Shown: positions 61,295 to 64,000 of the stretch, in pieces
How positions within the stretch are numbered: the stretch's first letter is position 1
Layout of the letters: each line of letters begins with the position of its first letter
From: Anaeromyxobacteraceae bacterium
Lineage (GTDB): Bacteria > Myxococcota > Myxococcia > Myxococcales > Anaeromyxobacteraceae
Assembly: GCA_047602405.1 (NCBI GenBank)
Contig: JASGHJ010000002.1
Coordinates: 288,001-352,000 of the forward strand
Direction: 5' to 3'
DNA: 64,000 bases
The notes under the pieces: model-generated
What the model saw: only the letters and a program-made list of their open reading frames with translations
Told to the model about the DNA's origin: nothing
The model's database searches: none
Position numbers and translations under genes: made by a program

Positions 61295-64000
61295 CTACGC
61301 GTCCCCGTCCGCCAGCACGAGCTTCTCGAGGAGCGCCACGTCGCCGGGGAGCGGCTCGGCGGGGTCGCGCAGCCGGCGCTCGATGCGGGCGCAGATGGCG
61401 GCGTCGAGGCGGAGGCCGGCGGCGAAGAAGGCGTTCCGCGAGGCGGAGAGCGCGCCGATGGCGTCGGCGGTCCGGCCCTCGGCGGCGAGCACGCGGGCGC
61501 GGGCGAGGCGGGACACGGCGACCAGCACCCGGCCACCGCGGAGGCGGGCGACCTCCTCGAGCTGGGCGGCCTCGGCCTGGGCGTCGGCGAACCGGCCGCG
61601 CGCGAGGCTCACGCGGACGGCGGTCGCGCGGAGCGCGGCGTCGCAGGTGGCGCAGGTGCCGTGGCGGACCGCGGAGGCGGAGGCCTCCCGCAGGGCGTCC
61701 TCGGCGGCGTGGCTCGCGCCCGCGGCGAGGCGGCCGCGCGCGAGCGTGGTGTAGAGCCGCGTCAGCGCGTGGCGCCGGATGGCCCCGCGCTCGGCCGCGA
61801 GGACCCCCTCGTCGACGAGCGCGAGCGCCTCCTCCACGCCGCCCCGGACGATGCGCAGCGTGGCGAGCCGCTCGAGGGCGAGCGCCTCGCCCAGCGACGA
61901 GCCGGCGCCGCGGTGGCCCCGCAGCGCCTCCTCGAGGTCGGCCTCGGCGAGCTCGAGGTCCCCGGCGGCGAGCGCGGCGACGCCGGTGCCGTGGCGGCCG
62001 ACCGCGACCGCGTCGAGCCGCTCGCGGGCGCGCATCCGCCCGGTGAACGCCGCGGCGGCGCGGGCGAGGTCGGCGGCGGTGCGGTCGCCGAGCAGGTTCC
62101 GCTCCCAGAGGACGAGGTCGAGGTCGAGGCAGGCGCGGGCGTCGTCCTCGACGCCGGACGCGAAGGGATCGAGCACGAGCGAGTCGCCGTGCCCGCCCGC
62201 GGGCGACGGGGCGGAGGCGGCCGCGACGGCGGCGAGGTCGCGCGCGGCGGTCGCGGGGGCGGCGTCCCCCAGGGCGTCGGCGCGGGCGGCGGAGGCCTCC
62301 GCCTCGGCGCAGGCCTCGGCGAGCTTGCCGTCGTGCCAGAGCAGCCGCGCGCGCAGGAGGAGCAGGGCTGGCGACTCGTCGCCCTCGCCGGCGGCCTCGA
62401 GGCCCTCATCGATCTCCGAGGAGGCGGCGCGCATGGCGCCGCCCGAGGCGAGCGCGAGCGCGCCGAGCCGGTGGTCGCGCGCCCGCCGGGCCGGATCCCC
62501 TGCGCGATCGGCCTCGAGCGTCCGGGCCGCGTCGGCGAAGGCGCGCGCGGCGCCGCCGAGCTCGCCGAGGGCGAGCTGGACCGCGGCGGTCGCCTCGAGG
62601 ACCTCGGCGACGAGCGCCGCGTCGCCCCCGCCCGGCCGGGCGAGCAGCCGCAGCGCCTCGGCGAAGAACGCGAGCGCCTCGCGGAGGCCGGCGCGGGCCG
62701 CCGCGCGGTGGCCCGCCGCGACGAGGTGGCGGAGCGCGAGCTCGGGCCGGCCCGCCCGCAGCCGGTGGTGCGCGAGGAGCTCCGAGGGCGGCTCGCCGCC
62801 CCCGGCGGCGCCCGCCTCGAGCGCGTCGGCGACCGCGGCGTGGAGCTCGGCGCGGCGCCCCTGCGGCACCGCCTCGTAGAGCACCTCGTGCACGAGCGCG
62901 TGGTGAAAGTGGTAGCCGGCCCCGTCCTCGTCCACGAGCCGCGCCGCGAGCGCGCGCTCGAGCCCGTCGAGGGCCTCGTGGGCGGTGAGCCCCGAGACCG
63001 CGCGGACCACCTCGAAGTCGAAGCGCTGCCCCGCGACGGCGGCCGCCGCGAGCAGCGTGGCCGCGCCGTGGCCGAGGCGGCCGAGCCGGGCGCGGATCGC
63101 CGCGGCGGCGTCGGCCGGCTGCTCGGCGCCGGGCGCCTCACGGCGGGCCCGGAGCAGCTCCTCTGCGACGAGCGGCGAGCCGTCGGTGACGCGGTAGAGC
63201 TGCTCGACCAGCGGCTCCGGGGCCTGCTCGCCGAGCACGTCGGCGGCGAGCTCGCGGACCGCGGCGAGGCCGAGGCGGGGCACCCGCACGCCGCGCGCGA
63301 GCCGGGCGCCGTCGAGGTGCGCCAGCGCCGCCTGCGCGGGCGTGCCGGCGTGCAGGGCCTCCTCGTTGCAGGTCGCGACCACGACCAGCCGGAGCTCGCG
63401 GGCCCGGCGCGCGAGGACGTGGAGGAGGTCGAGCGAGGACTCGTCCGCCTCGTGGAGATCGTCGAGGAGGAGGTAGAGGGGCTTGCCGCCGCCGAGCTCG
63501 CGGAGCGCGTCCGCCACCGCCTCCACCACGCGGCGCCGGGTCGCCTCGGGCGACGCGCGCCCGGGCGCCTGGAGCGCCGCGAACGGATCCGGCGCCTCGG
63601 GGCGGGCCCGGCGCTCGGCGAGGAAGGCGTCGGCGAAGACCGCGTAGGGCTCGCCCTCGGCCCCGGCGCCCGCCACGCCGCACAGGACCGTGGCGCCGCG
63701 CGACAGCGCGAGGCGGGCGCCCTCGACCGCGAGGCGGGTCTTGCCGACGCCGCGCTCGCCCAGGAGCACGAGCGTGCCGTGCCCGGTCTCGAGGAGCGAC
63801 TCGAGCAGGAGCACGAGGCCCCCGCGGCCGCGCACCGGCCCGGGCTCGGGGGTGCCGAGCAGCCGCCGGGCCGCGCGGCGGGCCCCGTCGAGCGCGGGGC
63901 GCGCGGGCGCGCGGCCGATCTCGCCGCGCTGGATCGCCGCCCTGAGCTCGCGGAGCGCGTCGCCGGGGCCGCCGAGCCCGGCAGCGCGGAGGGCGGCGTC
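61295..64000 (-). CDS. AfsR/SARP-like regulator: BTAD end - AAA_16/STAND ATPase - TPR (5' part outside window)
   Basis: Frame is open to the window edge (LGGPGDALRELRAAIQRGE); Walker A GERGVGKT, Walker B LLLDDLHEAD, GSPL and FHHALVHEVLY. Confidence 0.8.
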   Translation of the reverse strand, partial: DAALRAAGLGGPGDALRELRAAIQRGEIGRAPARPALDGARRAARRLLGTPEPGPVRGRGGLVLLLESLLETGHGTLVLLGERGVGKTRLAVEGARLALSRGATVLCGVAGAGAEGEPYAVFADAFLAERRARPEAPDPFAALQAPGRASPEATRRRVVEAVADALRELGGGKPLYLLLDDLHEADESSLDLLHVLARRARELRLVVVATCNEEALHAGTPAQAALAHLDGARLARGVRVPRLGLAAVRELAADVLGEQAPEPLVEQLYRVTDGSPLVAEELLRARREAPGAEQPADAAAAIRARLGRLGHGAATLLAAAAVAGQRFDFEVVRAVSGLTAHEALDGLERALAARLVDEDGAGYHFHHALVHEVLYEAVPQGRRAELHAAVADALEAGAAGGGEPPSELLAHHRLRAGRPELALRHLVAAGHRAAARAGLREALAFFAEALRLLARPGGGDAALVAEVLEATAAVQLALGELGGAARAFADAARTLEADRAGDPARRARDHRLGALALASGGAMRAASSEIDEGLEAAGEGDESPALLLLRARLLWHDGKLAEACAEAEASAARADALGDAAPATAARDLAAVAAASAPSPAGGHGDSLVLDPFASGVEDDARACLDLDLVLWERNLLGDRTAADLARAAAAFTGRMRARERLDAVAVGRHGTGVAALAAGDLELAEADLEEALRGHRGAGSSLGEALALERLATLRIVRGGVEEALALVDEGVLAAERGAIRRHALTRLYTTLARGRLAAGASHAAEDALREASASAVRHGTCATCDAALRATAVRVSLARGRFADAQAEAAQLEEVARLRGGRVLVAVSRLARARVLAAEGRTADAIGALSASRNAFFAAGLRLDAAICARIERRLRDPAEPLPGDVALLEKLVLADGDA

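Noticed and set aside
61295..64000. STAND/Avs anti-phage defence system
   Set aside because: The architecture (BTAD end, AAA_16, TPR) fits AfsR/SARP-type regulators; no nuclease or effector domain or defence neighbours are visible, and the N-terminus is outside the window.

Overview
This is a very GC-rich bacterial chromosomal region. Gene content (Glt gliding apparatus, TIGR02266-type PilZ, TIGR04552-type protein, DUF222-like HNH gene) points to Myxococcota, most likely Anaeromyxobacter-like. (1) 1-8.2 kb, minus strand: a sigma54 response regulator, PBP1A, an FG-GAP protein, a family-5 solute-binding protein and an NtrY-like kinase, divergent from a Pal-like/CpoB-like pair. (2) 10-19 kb: MshEN protein, thrB, TPR protein, FHA-sigma54 activator, lipoproteins, a membrane HExxH peptidase, PilZ and DUF192. 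(3) 19.4-46 kb: a contiguous gliding-motility cluster gltK/B/A/C/D/E/F/G/H/I/J, with no aglRQS in the window. (4) A RelA/SpoT-synthetase-like TIGR04552 gene, then an apparently inserted DUF222-like HNH nuclease gene with a PafBC/RecA-NDp-like promoter and internal 21-bp repeats. (5) A CoA-transferase/IclR/glutaryl-CoA dehydrogenase module, MEMO1, ffh, tRNA-Leu(TAA), a hybrid kinase, kdd and a truncated BTAD-ATPase regulator. Fourteen single-base insertions break otherwise intact genes, including essential ffh. They cluster at GATC and GAAGAGC, so they are treated as probable methylation-linked sequencing errors rather than pseudogenes. All product calls come from motif recognition by eye; no database searches were run.
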